Shown one piece after another: positions 23,560-36,984 of a DNA stretch of 64,000 nucleotides. Source of the stretch: Geosiphon pyriformis uo1 (Eukaryota > Fungi > Glomeromycota). Where the stretch lies: contig JAAOMT010000617.1 of the NCBI GenBank assembly GCA_016748015.1, positions 876,635-940,634 of the forward strand. The letters are read 5' to 3'. The notes under the pieces are model-generated. The model did no database searches. It was not told the origin of the DNA and was given only the letters and a program-made list of their open reading frames with translations. Every line of letters begins with the position of its first letter. Position 1 is the stretch's first letter. Position numbers and translations under genes: made by a program.

Positions 23560-26185
23560 CAAGCACAGTGTTTGCTTTAGTCAGCCAGTCATTACCAATG
23601 AGAGCTTGGTATTGAGTAGTTTCCATAATTAAAACTTTGATGGGTATAATAATGCCATTGACTTTAAAGAAGAAGTCATCAATTTTGCCAATAAGAGTTT
23701 TGGTTGCTCTATTGGCTGTAATAATTCAAGTGCTGGCAGCATGATCAACTTGATAACCTAATTGGTTCATAAGTTGTTATGTAATAATGCTGTCTGCTAA
23801 CCCACTATTAAAAATCAGCTTGATAGACTGACCATCAGTTTTGGCATCAGTTTACATCACAATGATGAGTTTTATATTAAAAACAGCTTCACTAAAAAGA
23901 GATACTTTGGTTGGTTCCTTGATTTTGAAGGGAAAAATTGCTGTTAGTAATTCATTATTAATGATGGTGGCTAGAAGTACATTGCTGTTAATTATTTGTT
24001 TTGGGATGTGTTTTCAGTTGTTAGATAAGGCATTTTTTGAAGTAATTAGTAGACTTAAATAGTTCTGGAAATTCAGGTTTTGAGTGTACCCAGTTCACAA
24101 ACTCTGCTGTTGTAATCTTGATTATGGAGTTAATAAACTGGAGATTGATTAATAGACTACTATCACCAATCTTCAGTTTTACTGAATAGTTTTTAGCCTT
24201 TGATTTCCAGTAAGCACCATTATTTGTGGTGGTGTTTGGATTTGCTAAGGTTGATAAATTATTTGTGGCTGTGATTAATAAATAATAGGTAATGGAATTT
24301 AATAAATAAGTGGTTGATAAATTGACTGCTGTATCATTGATAAGTAATTTGGTTGATATGGTTCTGGGTTTGGTTGATAATTCAGAGTTTGAAACCAGTA
24401 ATCAGGATTTTGATATTGATTTCCTGATCATTGATCATTTAAGTGGTTATGGCAGTCAATTTGTAAGTGTCCTTGTTTACCACAATAGTGGCAATTATAC
24501 ATTTCAGTTTACTATTGCTGATTGGTGGATAATAATAGACGTAATTAATATTGAGAACAATTTGTGTTTCTTTAATTATTGTGTCATTGTAGAGATTGAT
24601 AAATGGCTTGATTATTAGCTAAGTATCCTTCAAATTTTTGATTAATTGATTTACTAAATTGTTTTAATTTGGAATCCAAGTTAAATAATTTGTTTATTAT
24701 TAGATTTACAGTTTGGACATAGTTGGCTTTTAATTTGGCAGCTTCAAAATCTCTGATGTGAGTAACTGTGGCTTAAAAGTTAACTGAATGTAATAGACAT
24801 ATGTATTATAGAATACTACTGCATAATCTGCAAATAAACTAATTCAAGATCTGGATTACTGTAAAATAATTGGTGTCAATGGCTTGAATTTGGCACAAAT
24901 TTCTGTGGAAGTGTCTTAGGTAAATAGTAACTGTTTCAGTTTCTCCTTGGTTAATAATGGTGAAAGTATTAGCTAAGCAATTAATACTATTATTATTGCT
25001 AAAATATTGTAGGAACTCAAGCTTAAATGTATTGAAATCTTGAAGTTTGTTGGCCAAGTTTTGATACCATAAGTCAGCAATATTTTGAAGAAAGTATGGA
25101 ATGGCTTGGAGTGCTTTGGCATTATTCTATTTATTGGCTGCAATGGCTTTTTCTACATTATTCAGTCATACTTGTGTGTCATCTTTTTTGCCAGTGAATT
25201 TTTCAATTTTGGCAATTGGTGTGTATATTATTGGTTGTTGTTATAACAGTTGTTGAAGTGGTTGTTGCAGTTGTTGTTAAGAAAGTACTTGCAGCTGTTG
25301 AATTGGTTCAGCAATTGGTTCAATTAATAGCTGATTGATTACAATTACTGGAGGTAAGTATTGCTAATTAATAATGTTGGAATTTAAATTATTCTGATTT
25401 TGTGAAGTTAAAACACTTGGGTTTTGAATTGTTGGGTTTTTCAAAATTGGGTTTTTAGTATTAATTTTTTGATTGCTATTTTTTTCCTCAGAGTCAATTA
25501 ATTCCCAAAGACTAGTGGCTCCGAAATCTGGTGGTGGTGGCAGTAATTGAACTTCTGATGGTGTTGGGAATTACAATTTAAATCCCTCAAAATAATTGCC
25601 ATATGTTCCTAATAACTCTGCTTTCTTTTGTTTACTTTGAAATAAGATTCTGTTTAGTGGTGTTGTCACACTTGCTGTAGATGTGCCTATTATATTAATA
25701 GTGCTTCCAAGAGTGTGGTAATATGATGGATTAACAGGTAAATTAAATCTTTGTTTCTTCTAAGTGGGTAGTTGGACTTGCTTTGGGGTTCCTGCTGGTG
25801 TTTGTAATCTTCTTTTTCTTTTGTTGGCAAAAGTAATCAGAAATTTTTGCTTGGTGTATTTTTCAATTTTCTTGTTTATTTTTGTGATTAGAGATGCAAA
25901 TAAATAGTTTTGTAAAAGAGTTGTGTTTTGGAGTAGTTTACTGAAGAAATTGTTGAAAGCAGATTCTGGATCTCCTTAACCTTCCAAGTAGTATACAATT
26001 TTTTTGTTGACATAATAATTGAAAGCTGATTCTGTTAACCAATTACTATTTGTTAATCTGAGATGAGTGTGATAATGTTGAAATAAGAATTTTGCAAATC
26101 CTTAGTGGTTTGTTTCTGTTTTTTCAGATTCTGCTACTGTTTTAGATAGTTGCTATTGGTGCTGATTTTCTGTTGAATTATACCT
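23560..26185 (-). pseudogene. Gag and protease of element B
   Basis: KLIFNSGLADSIIT...ALIGNDWL (PR). AIPYFLQN, QFICRL and CHYCGKQGHLQIDC (Gag). Confidence 0.85.
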
Positions 26186-26187
26186 TA

Positions 26188-26199
26188 CAGGGAGCACCA
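26188..26199 (-). promoter_or_regulatory. Primer-binding site of element B
   Basis: Minus strand TGGTGCTCCCTG next to the 5' LTR; shares TGGTGCTC with the A PBS. Confidence 0.8.
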
Positions 26200-26201
26200 A
26201 A

Positions 26202-27067
26202 TATTACAGATGATTATTTGGAGTCTCAAATCAAATAAAAAAACCGTAACTTAGTGTTAATAACTAATATGATTGGTATTATCTAAAGGTTTTAGTAATC
26301 TGAAAATTTTAAGTTGGAGTTTTTTGTATAATAGACAAAAATTCAAGGGTGTACAAATCTTTTGTAATGAGTTTCTCAATTTTTTTTTCAGCTTGGTGGC
26401 TGGTTTATTCTGACAGTTGTGTCTTTCTGGTAAGCTATCCAATTCTTATTCTGTACTTTTCTATTCAGGTCTTTTACTAGGCTATCCATAACATCAATAA
26501 TTCAGTGCTTAATTCTTAATCAATTAGTCAACAACAATAAAATAAAAAATAAAAAAAATAAAAAAATAAAGAGAAATAAGCCAAGACAATTCAAGTTAGT
26601 ATTCCATCAATAGCCATGATTAAAAGCTATTGTTTCAGTGTGGTTAAGTATTAGCAGCTATCAACATAAAGTGTTGATAATAGAAAGTAGATTAAGATAG
26701 CAAATAATTATTTATTGATATTTGTGAATTAAAAGGTTTGCTTAGATAAAATCTAAACTGAAAGGTCTGTTTTTTCTGCTTCTAATGCTACTGCTATATA
26801 TACATATTTGAGATTTCTCAATTCTTCCATTTTTCCTGCCAGGAATCTTAAAATTTCTGGAATTCTGCAATTCTTTGAGAGAAATTCTAGAATTCTGAAA
26901 TCCTGCAATTCTTTGTATAAAAATTCTGTAATTTCTGAAATCTTGTAATTTTTCAGAGAGAGATTCTGTAATTCCTCAGAAAAAAATCCTGGAATTTTAT
27001 ATTTTATTATATTTACTTCTGATTGGCTAATATATACTACTATAATTTCTATCTTTTATGAATAACA
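26202..27067 (-). repeat. 5' LTR of element B
   Basis: Direct repeat of 7430-8251, with extra copies of the GAATTC-rich unit. Confidence 0.9.
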
Positions 27068-27375
27068 ATACATAGAGTTATTAATGTTAAAGAAACTGGT
27101 AAAAAACCTGTGAAACAAGGATAAAATATTTATCATTGAGAATAGCTTACCAAGAGAATTACCAGCCACTATATTGAGAAAAAAATTTAACAGAATTGCA
27201 ATTCCAAGAAACTATGGATAAAACAACACTTAAATCTCTATCTATTATATAAAAAACTCAAAACCAAAACCATCAGATCACAAAAACCTTTAAATATAAT
27301 TCATTAGATCAGTTATTAAACACCAAATTATGGGTTTGTTATTTGTTTTCAGACTCCAAATAAGCACCTGTAATA
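27068..27375 (+). repeat. LTR C, second half
   Basis: Ends ...gactccaaataagcacctgtaata, the reverse complement of the B LTR start (attacagatgattatttggggtc). Confidence 0.8.
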
Positions 27376-29626
27376 CTGGTATTTTTGTTGTTAATTAGTA
27401 AAGTTACTTTTAACTTTTTTTGTAAATTGATCAATTTTTTTAATTGTTAAATTTGTTTTTCTTATAGCTAAATTAACAAGTTTAGTTTAATTTGTTTTTT
27501 TATTGCTATTTTTTAATTTTTAATATATAAAATAGTAATAACTAAATTTTTAAAAATATGTAATCAAACTTTTTTAATTTGTTTGTTTTTTAGTTTAACA
27601 ATAAATTACTTTAAAACCTAAGTATTTAAATAATAAGCATTGGTTTTTAACTGCTTAATTCTTTTAAGAAGTTTGTTAAATCTCTTAAAATAAGTTATTA
27701 TTAACCTAAATAGTTTTTGTCTAATATTTTAAAAATAGTTTTAAAGAATAATTAAGATGTTGTTATTAGTAAATTTTTAAAAAAAACAACTTTAAATATA
27801 TTTTAATTTCTAAAAAATATGATTAGATTTTCAAACTATTTGTTAATAGTTTTTTGCAAAAAGTAAAAAATTGTTTTTAGTATTTTTGTTGTGTTTTATT
27901 TATTTGTATTTTTTATTTTTATAACTTTATTAAACCTTTAAAAACTAGTTTTTGTATTTTATTCTAAAAATTTAAGAATTTTTGCAATATAAATAGTAAT
28001 TATTTTTTTTTTGTTATTATTAGTTTTTTTGTTTAATTAATTTAAAAATGTTTTTTTATGAATTAAAGTTTTTAAATATTTACTTTGGTTTTTTGCTATA
28101 TAATTGAAAAAATTAATACTTGTATAACTTAATTTTAGTTGTTAAGTTAGATTTTTTGGTAAAATAAAGTCTTTTAATCTTAAAAATTAATTAAATAATA
28201 AGTTAAGTATTTAAGCTTAAATAAAAACTAAAAAAAATATAATTAAAAATAATAGCTTAATATTGTTTTTTTGTTTAGATATTAACAAATGTTTAATTGT
28301 GGTTTTTGATATATTAAATATTATTTAATTTAGTTTAAAGTTTTTTTTTCTTTTTTTATTATTAGTCTTAAACTTAAATTCTAATTTAAAAACAAATTGT
28401 AAATTAACAAAGTATTTTGCTTTACAAAATTTAATAATATTGTAATTAAGTTCTTAAAAATAAATAATATAAGCATCAGCATTAATAATTTTTAATTCTA
28501 TATTTGAATAATAAATTAAGTTATTAAGAAGATTATGTTTGATTTTTGTAATTTTGTAATTTTTAAAAAGATAATCATTAATTTTAATTTTTAATATATT
28601 AAAAAAGTGTTTTTTAACAACTATAATTTTGTTTTGTATTGTAAATTTTTGTTTGCAGTAAATATAAATTGATTGATAATATTCTAAAGTTATTATGTTA
28701 GATATAATTATTATTTTAATTTAGTTATTGTTTTATTATTTTTAAAAAAGCACTAAATATTATTAAAAAATTTTTATTCTTTTTTTTAATATTATTAATA
28801 CTATTTGTTGTTAATTTTTCTGTTAATAAAAAATAGTAAACTTTTAATAAGTTAATTTATTTTTTAAATAATTATTTTGTAGTAAAAATTAACTTTTTAC
28901 AAAAATATTTTACTTATAAGCTTTTTAATAATATATAATTACTTTGCTATAAAGATTAACTTTTTGTAAAAAAGTTTTAACTGTAAATTAACTAATAATA
29001 TAAAAGAATTTAAAAGAAAAATAGATAAAATAATAAAATATATTTAAGAAAGTTATTTTTAGTTTAAGTCTAAAAGTATTAATAATTATTAAAATTAGTA
29101 GCTAATTAATTTCAAAATGTTATTTTCGATTTTGGTTAATTTTAAAATAATAATATTTAATAGTTTGGATTTTTAAGATAAGTTTTTATTAAATTGAATT
29201 ATAATAATTAATTGTTATTTCTAAATAAGATATTTTAACCAAAATATATTTTTTAAAAAAAGAAGCTTTTTTTTATATAATTTATTGTAATATTATTCTA
29301 TAATTTAGTATTTTTTTTCTAATTTTTTAACAAACTAAAAATATATTTTGTTAAATTATAAGTTATTTTTGTAAATTATAAGTTATTTCGATAAACTATT
29401 AAATATTTCATAAAATTTTAAATATTTTAACAAATTTTTAAATACCATATAGTTTAAAGTATTATATAATCTAATTATTATAATTTAATTATATTTGTGT
29501 TTTATACAATTTGGTTAATTTAATAAAATAATAAATAATAAATTAATAATAAGATATGCTAATTAATAATAAAAATTATAAAAGTAATTTTATGTTAATT
29601 GATAACTTATATTTTTACTGATAATA
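27376..29626 (-). mobile_element. Heavily eroded A-family copy (D): gag, PBS remnant and 5' LTR (about 28758-29626)
   Basis: Collinear with 17150-19534; aaaaagcactaaatattattaaaa corresponds to gagagcaccaaatgttaccagag after transitions. Confidence 0.8.
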
Positions 29627-29629
29627 GCA

Positions 29630-30400
29630 TAATAAACTGTTTAATTCTAATTAATTAATTAATTTTTTGTTGTTTTAGCAAAATTTACATTAATTTTTTT
29701 TTCTATTAATCTAAATTATAAGTTTTTTTTGTTGTTTATACTAATTTTTTTCAATTTTCTATTAATATAAATTTTATAATTTTTTACTAATAATAAAAAA
29801 ATTACTTGTATAATTTTTTTTAAATTTAATAATATTTAGTTTTTTGAATTGTTTTATAATAAAACTAGTAAATTTTTTGTATATTCAAAGTTAATTATTC
29901 TTTTTTGCATATTTATTTATTTTTTGTGTAAATTATTACTTTTAACAGAATTTTAATCATTATTTTTAAATTAATTTTTGTAATATTTCTAATTAATAAT
30001 ATTATAAATAAATTTTTTAGATACTATAGATTAAATTTAATATTAATTAAATAAGCTTTTTTGAATATTATTTTTAAGTATTTATTATTATAATACTAGA
30101 TATTAATTTTTTAATTTAGATTAGTATAAACTAAAAAGTTTTTTGACTTGAAACTATTAAATAAGTTTTATTGATTTATTGCTTGATTTTAATATTACTA
30201 ATTTTTAAATTCTTTTTTTTTCTAGGTTTTTATATATTAATATTTCTTATAATATTAATTTTGACATAAAATAAGACAGTTTTTGCAAAAACAAATAATA
30301 TAAAGTATTATTAAAAAAATTCTTAAATAAAAATGTTTTAAACTTTAAGTTCTTTTGTAATAAAATAGTTTATACATATTTTTTGAAACAAAGTTAAACT
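29630..30400 (-). mobile_element. Probable further Gypsy relic (post-protease region), almost fully AT-converted
   Basis: Weak collinearity with 23380-23560 and 2250-2400; no intact motif. Confidence 0.35.
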
Positions 30401-31093
30401 GTAATCTATAATTATTAATTAGTTATAAAATAATTAAAACTAAATAGAAAAATTACTTATTTAATACAGTTTTTTTTAAAATCATATTAGAAAAAAAAAT
30501 TAATATTTAAATATGTTTTAGCCAATTTAAGCTTAAAAAAATTTTTTATAAACAAAAAAATATTTAAATATTAATAAAATTCATATTTTTTAGCAATTAA
30601 GATTGATAGATTATTAATATATAGTAAAATATACTTAATATATTGGTTAATAAAAATAGTTATAGTTTTATTATTATAAAAATATTATAAATTTTAAAAA
30701 CTTTATTTGTAATATTTAAAATATTCTGAATAAAAATCTAACTATTTTTAATTTAGATAATATTATTTACAAATATATTTGTTGTCAAATAAAATATTAA
30801 ATTAGTTTGAATTTTAATACAGCCTAATAATATATTTAATCTTAATTTAAATTTTTTTGTTAATAATAAAAAATTTATTAAGATAATAATTTTTTGAAAG
30901 CTTTATACTTTTAATATTAAGTTAGATACAAATAAAACTGCTATATAGTTAACTGATTTGATTGTAATTATGCAAAAAATAGTGTTTTAACCAGCTTAAA
31001 TGATTAGTTATGTGTAAATTAATATTTAATTTAAGGTATTTATATGTTGTTTAATATTAAGTAGCAGTTAAACCATATTTATTATGCATAATA

Positions 31094-31124
<31 letters not shown>

Positions 31125-31399
31125 TAATGTTATTATTTTTTTTTATTAGTCAAAAAATTGTTAACCAAATTATTATTTAATATTTTCAAAAAAATCATTA
31201 TTTTTATATTTTCAACAATGTTTTTAACCAGCTTATTAATTTTAATTTTAATTATTGTTTTTAAATTATTTTAGACAACAAAAATTACTAGATTTAAATT
31301 CAAAATTCAATAAACTTGAATTAATTTGCAATAATAAAACAAATCTTTGATAGACCAATTCTTGATTTTATTTATTTAAAAAAATTTTATTTTCTTATA

Positions 31400-32477
31400 T
31401 TAGATCCTTTTACTGTTGTCTTTCTCTCCCACGAATTTTAAAAAATTACTTTTTGTATTCTCAACCGTTTCTGATATTTGCCATCCTTTAGCATTACTTA
31501 CGAGCTCAATGATTTGTTGCATCATACTATCCATTCCTTCGGGTGAATTCATATCTGTCTCGATCAAAAGCTTATCTTCTGGAACTGCCCGAATCAATTC
31601 CCGAAGCCTCTCATTTCTCTCATTGATAACAATGCTAAAAGAGAAATAGATATCACATTCGGTAGAAAATCCTACATTCAGAGTATGGGCCTTTTTCTTT
31701 GATTCCCTCTTACTCGGCTTTTTGGTCAAATTTTTTATGGTATCGATAGATCCACCAAATGAATGAATGCAAATTCTCGGTGGCGCTTTCCCCTCTTTAA
31801 TTTTACGTTGAATCAATTCAGTAATTGGCCCGGTGGCTTGTACACAATGTATGCTCACAGGGCGTTGATATTTTGCCGCTATATCCATTTGGCTCTCAAA
31901 AACGGCTAACTGATGTTGAAGAGTGGTTTGTACTTTTGTTATAGAATGAGTCATCGGGTGAATTAATCTGGCAGATCTGTCTATTCCTATCTCTCCCACT
32001 ATTGCCCTTTTATCTTCTTTAAGAAGAGACTCAAGTTTTTCCAACCATGTATTAATTAAAATTGGTTTTGGAAGCGAATTAATCAGAAATTCATCGCGAT
32101 ATTCTTGTGAGGTTTGATTTTGAAGGATTGAAAGATAATGGGATTTCACTTGCGGATCTTTTTCAAAAGACAGAGTATGTGCAAACCAAGGGTGATATCC
32201 TGTATCATTTGTTATGTATATTTGCAATTCAGGAACTAGTGAACTTTTTATAAATTTAATGGAGAAATTTCAATGATTTTTTTTTACCGAAACACGGTAT
32301 AACTTTCTCGGGAAAATCAGAACCCAATTGTGAAACAACGTCCAAGTCATCGAAACGTGTTCCCATGATACACAAACGAGCGATCCGCAAGCTTCCAATT
32401 TTTTCAAGATTGTTTCGATCATCATGTGGATGGCAATGGGCGTCGCATACGTTTGACCAATCGATTTGAAAATTCAT
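31400..32477 (-). CDS. TatD-family metal-dependent nuclease (Scn1/YMR262W-like), 2 exons, 329 aa
   Basis: Exons 32477-32288 and 32199-31400, GT-AG intron 32287-32200. Motifs DAHCHP, FGYHPW, VGEIGID, VSIHCV, IHSFGGS, LIETD. Confidence 0.93.
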
Positions 32478-32678
32478 ATTTGAAAGTGGTAGAAGTGAAA
32501 AGGAATTTAGAGCTAAAGGAGATGTAATAAATCATAGATCAAATAAGAGAGAAGTTCAACAATGGGATTATTTTGACCTTCCTATATTTAGATATAATTT
32601 TGATGGCTATTGTTGTCTATCAAATATCCTGATAAAAGCAATCACTAAAAATTTTTTTGAGATTTTTTGTCTCAGATT

Positions 32679-34235
32679 ATGAGCGATAAAAATAAAGACC
32701 CCCTTGTTCATCTCACAGCTGGGGCCATATCAGGTCTCGCATCATGTGTCTTATTGCAACCTTTTGATTTGGTAAAAACCCGACTTCAACAGGAAAAACA
32801 GTTGCATCAATTAAACTTATTAGAGCCAAGAAAGTTGTTATTCACAATTTTTTTGATCTGTATTTTCAGAGACCATTGCACAATTCTACCAAATAATTGA
32901 AAAAATTATATCCAATCTTACTGAATTGATTTATTTTTTCTTTTTAGCGCCCTTCTTTCCACAGTGAAAAATATCGTTTCTAAACACACCTTCACCGGAC
33001 TATGGCGTGGAACCGTGCCCACCGTATTTCGGTAAAATTTCTTGATGCTCATAACATCTTGAATTAAAAAATTATATTCCTAATATGATTCATGATATTT
33101 TTAATTTCAAAATCATAGAAATGTTCCCGGATCCGCGCTATATTTTTTTACTCTATCTGAGATTCGATACATGTTTGCTAAGCGACAGCAAATGAATTTT
33201 GAATATACAACAAAAAACGCTCTTTCTAACTCATCGGTATCTTCGTTACCTACCCTATCTAGTGGCCAGAATATGATTGCAGGAATGGTAGCTAGAAGTA
33301 CGGTTGGATTTGTGATGATGCCAATCACTGTTATTAAAGTTAGATATGAGGTAGGGCATTCGCCTACTCAACAAATTCTAATCAAAATTACGTTTCGATT
33401 CGAAAAATATCTTTGACCGTTTTAATCGCCTTTATAGAGCTCGTTTTATAATTACAAAAGTATATGGAATGCTATGACATCAATAATAAGGAACGAGGGT
33501 GTCAAAGGTGAGATAAAGCAGCGTTTTTCTAAATTCATATTTGTATAATTTTTTTAATATGTATTTCTTTGATCTCAGGTTTTTTTTATGGATACGGTGT
33601 AACTGTATTGAGAGATGCACCACAAGCGGGATTATATGTTTTGTTTTATGAAAAGGCAAAAACATCGATTGGAGGTTTGAATTTCACGGAATCTTGACTC
33701 TCCATTTTATATTTACACACCAATGTCTTATTAAAGTTAAAATTGATTATAGCCTGGACATCAACACACTCTTATTCTATTGCTTCGCCCGTAGTACATT
33801 CGGCGTCTGGTAAACTGTTTGGTCTCAATATATTTTCCTCTGTAAATATGAATCAGATGGTAAACCCTAAAGAGAAAATCGATTTTTATTAGCCGTCTTT
33901 GCAGGTATTTCATCTACGATAATAACACAGCCGTTTGATATGCTAAAAACTCGAATCCAATTGAAGCCTTTGGAATATCGCAATATGTGGCAAGCGGCCC
34001 GAAAAGTTTTTATGGTGAGTTGAAAATTTTTCGGTTGATCTTCTGTGGGGTGATTAAATGATATATTTCCTGTTTATAGGAAGAGGGTATGCTTGGATTT
34101 TTCGATGGAATAACATTGCGTCTGGCAAGAAAAACTCTCCAATCCGCTATTGCATGGACTATATATGAAGGAGTTGTTACAGAATTTCAAAAAAGGAAAA
34201 CCACTTTAATAGACTCCGAGGTTTCACCAACATAG
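32679..34235 (+). CDS. HEM25: Mitochondrial glycine carrier (SLC25A38/Hem25), 8 exons
   Basis: Three carrier signatures ([33 protein letters not shown]) plus [29 protein letters not shown] and [14 protein letters not shown]. Seven GT-AG introns, e.g. 32834-32947, 33032-33118, 33351-33437. Confidence 0.93.
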
Positions 34236-34750
34236 TATTTCCTTGCTTGTAATTTTAACATTGCCACTAATATGCGAATGATTTCTCAACAGCTTTAAAC
34301 TTTCTATATTCGTCATGTTAAAATTTTCAACTTCTGCAGAGGGAATTTTGTTTTAAGCTAACCCAAACCTTAAAAGTAATTGTAATTGTAATAGTAATAT
34401 TATGCAGTATAACATCTGCTTGTGCATATTTAGAAAATCAACAAATGAGTGTTGCACAAAAACCTTCAAACTTTATTTCGGGCGATTCTTATAATACCTG
34501 GATTCAGTTGGACTTACAGAAAAAGCTATTCTACCCTCAGAGTTTTCTATATGGTTAGTAGCCTAAACATAATTCAAATTGATTGTTCCAGTTCTATGTG
34601 GCATATTAGATTTGGAAAACGTTCCCTTTCAAAAAAAAGAATATCTAGAGTAATCAGTGAAAACCTCAAAGTTAATTCCTTTAAAAAAATCCACGAATAT
34701 GTCTATCCATGCTTTACAATTGATAGGAAGGTATAAAATATTTTTGCAAC

Positions 34751-36425
34751 ATGGCGGTCGAGAGAGGTAAACGTCTCAAAATTCGCTCAGTCTTGTTTCT
34801 TATAGGACAAGCTAAACAACTTTCTAAACCATTTGAAGCTCACCCCGGTGAAATAATTGCCGTCCGATGCTCTCCTATGGGAAATGTTGCAGTATCTGCG
34901 TCAATGGATGCTACCATTAAAATATGGTATTTCCAAAATATGGGCTCGAGCAAATAATGTCCAAGAATTTGGTGGAATAATTAATGGCCATTGATTCGCA
35001 TCAAAGGGATGCGCAAACAGGTGAATTTCAGCGGCAAATTGATACGGCACACGAACTGGGTGTGGTATGTGTTGACGTACACCCAACCGGATCAGGTACT
35101 TGTAGTAGCATTGGGTATCAATTCTATTCTTATAAAAACGTAATTTCAATTCTTTATTGTTTTAGTAATTGCTACCACTTCCGTCGAAACCGAAATAAAA
35201 ATATGGGATGCTGATGACTGCACTGAATTGATAAAGATACCTGCTAAAACGCGTAAGATATTGTAAATATTTTATTGAAGTTTTAATAGTGTATAATCAC
35301 TGAAAATTTATCTTACCTAAATTGCTTCTTTGAAATCAAGTACAGGCTTGGCATGGGCAGTTTTCACCCGATGGGCGTTTTTACGCATCCGGTAGCTTTG
35401 ATGGAAAAATTAATCTTTGGTCTACAGAAAAATACCTTGATGTTCCGATTAAATTTGATACTGGGACTAGGAAGTTTTGCCATTGCGTTCGATTTGTATC
35501 CTTTTTCAAAAGGAGTTTCCAACAAAATAATGCTTCTTTTCTCAAATCATTACGCTCAGATTTCTGCATTTCACTTGTGAACATTTGAAAAATTTCTTTG
35601 ATCAACTTTTATCCACATCTCATCATCCTAGAGTCCTGATGGTAAAGTAGTCGCCGTAGGGATTGAAACAGGACGCATATATGTATTTGACACGCAATCC
35701 GGAAAGCAAATTCATGCTCTTTCAGGTTTTTGCCTCTTTAAATTATAATTGCTAATGAAGAATATCCAAAACCTAATACAATGTTTTTGACATCTATTCG
35801 CGGAATCATCAAAGGCCACGGGAAATTGGTGCGATCGATAGATTTCACCAACGACTCCAAATTGCTAATATCTGGATCCGATGACCGAATGATCAATGTT
35901 TATGACATGTCTGTACTATATTAATTGGATACTCTTTATTATTAATGAAGAAATCTTCTTATTTATTTATTCAATATAGAAAACACGGCAATCGTATTGC
36001 TAATATGCCAGGACAAGATGGTTGGGTACTTACAGTATCTGCTGCAGGCAGTCAATCGACCCTTTTCGCCGCTGGGTAAGCTATATATTTGATTGCTTCA
36101 AAATGGAGGTTGGGTAGATAATTGAGGCTTTCTTAATGTAGCTTTCTTTTTAACGGTATTTAGGACAACTGAGGGTACTATTAAGCTGTGGGACATAGCT
36201 TCTCGAAAATGCGTTTGGTCATATGTGAACGCCCATCACGACTCGGTGAGTACTTTACCAACAATCGCATAGTTCTTGTGATTGATATTTTTCGAAATTA
36301 TTCTTGAACATTGGAAATCTTGATCACAGGTCTGGGAAATTTCATGGAACCCAGAGAGCGATAGTTTTGTTTCAGGATCTGATGACATGTGCCTAAAATG
36401 GTGGTCAAGATCTAGCGAGAAGTGA
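34751..36425 (+). CDS. SKI8: WD40-repeat protein, Ski8/Rec14/WDR61-like, multi-exon (start codon uncertain)
   Basis: Spliced translation AHELGVVCVDV...QAWHGQFSPDG...RKFCHCVRFSPDGK...GHGKLVRSIDF..DSKLLISGSDD...GWVLTV...IKLWDIASRKCV...HDSVW follows the WDR61 repeat order. Stop TGA at 36423-36425. Confidence 0.78.
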
Positions 36426-36785
36426 CTCGAGTTCATTTGAGATAGACTGGACAGATTTTACAGCTTGTTTTAATTAGCAAATAAAAAATGAATTTAATGA
36501 ACAAAATGATTATAATTATCTTTGGGATCAAGGTTTGTATACTTGTGATAAAAATAATTACAATGTTAAAATTCTAACTCGAGTTAGAAGCTATTGAATA
36601 TCAATTGATGAAAATCTAAATTAACTTAAAATTTAAATGATGTAACAATAAAATGGGTTGACGTGTATTTACAGTGTGGACAAAAAAAGCCGGGATTACG
36701 GAATTACTTATTACGCATGAATTAATGGTGCGAATAAAATGAATTTTTTATATTTGGGAGCTGAAAACCAGCCGATTTTATTGTG

Positions 36786-36984
36786 TGCCCACTATATCTG
36801 TGGACCCCATATGGCCGATGCTTGGAAGGACACTCCTTAGCTTCTGCCTGGACGTGTTAGAGCTTTGCTGTACTCCTTCAGTGTATATAATGCTAGCGAA
36901 GCCATTTACCAGAAAGCAGGACTTGATGTTATCTTATACTCATATGCCCACTATATTTCTGTGGATCACATATGGCCAATGCTT
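36786..36984. repeat. Imperfect direct repeat of about 40 bp, about 160 bp apart
   Basis: tgcccactatat-ctgtggaccccatatggccgatgcttg vs tgcccactatatttctgtggatcacatatggccaatgcttg. Confidence 0.8.

Larger units (their letters stand above)
7430..27067 (-). mobile_element. Full-length Ty3/Gypsy LTR retrotransposon B (Gag-PR-Cys-rich-dUTPase-RT-RH-INT-ORF3), degenerate, interrupted by element A
   Basis: Direct LTRs at 7430-8251 and 26202-27067. PBS at 26188-26199 and PPT at about 8252-8268. Domains lie in Gypsy order. Flanks atgt/atac are consistent with a transition-eroded 4-bp TSD. Confidence 0.9.

Noticed and set aside
34449-34736. 95-aa ORF or upstream exon of the WD40 gene
   Set aside because: GTG start and no motif; splicing from the 34731 donor to 34806 does not give the WD frame.
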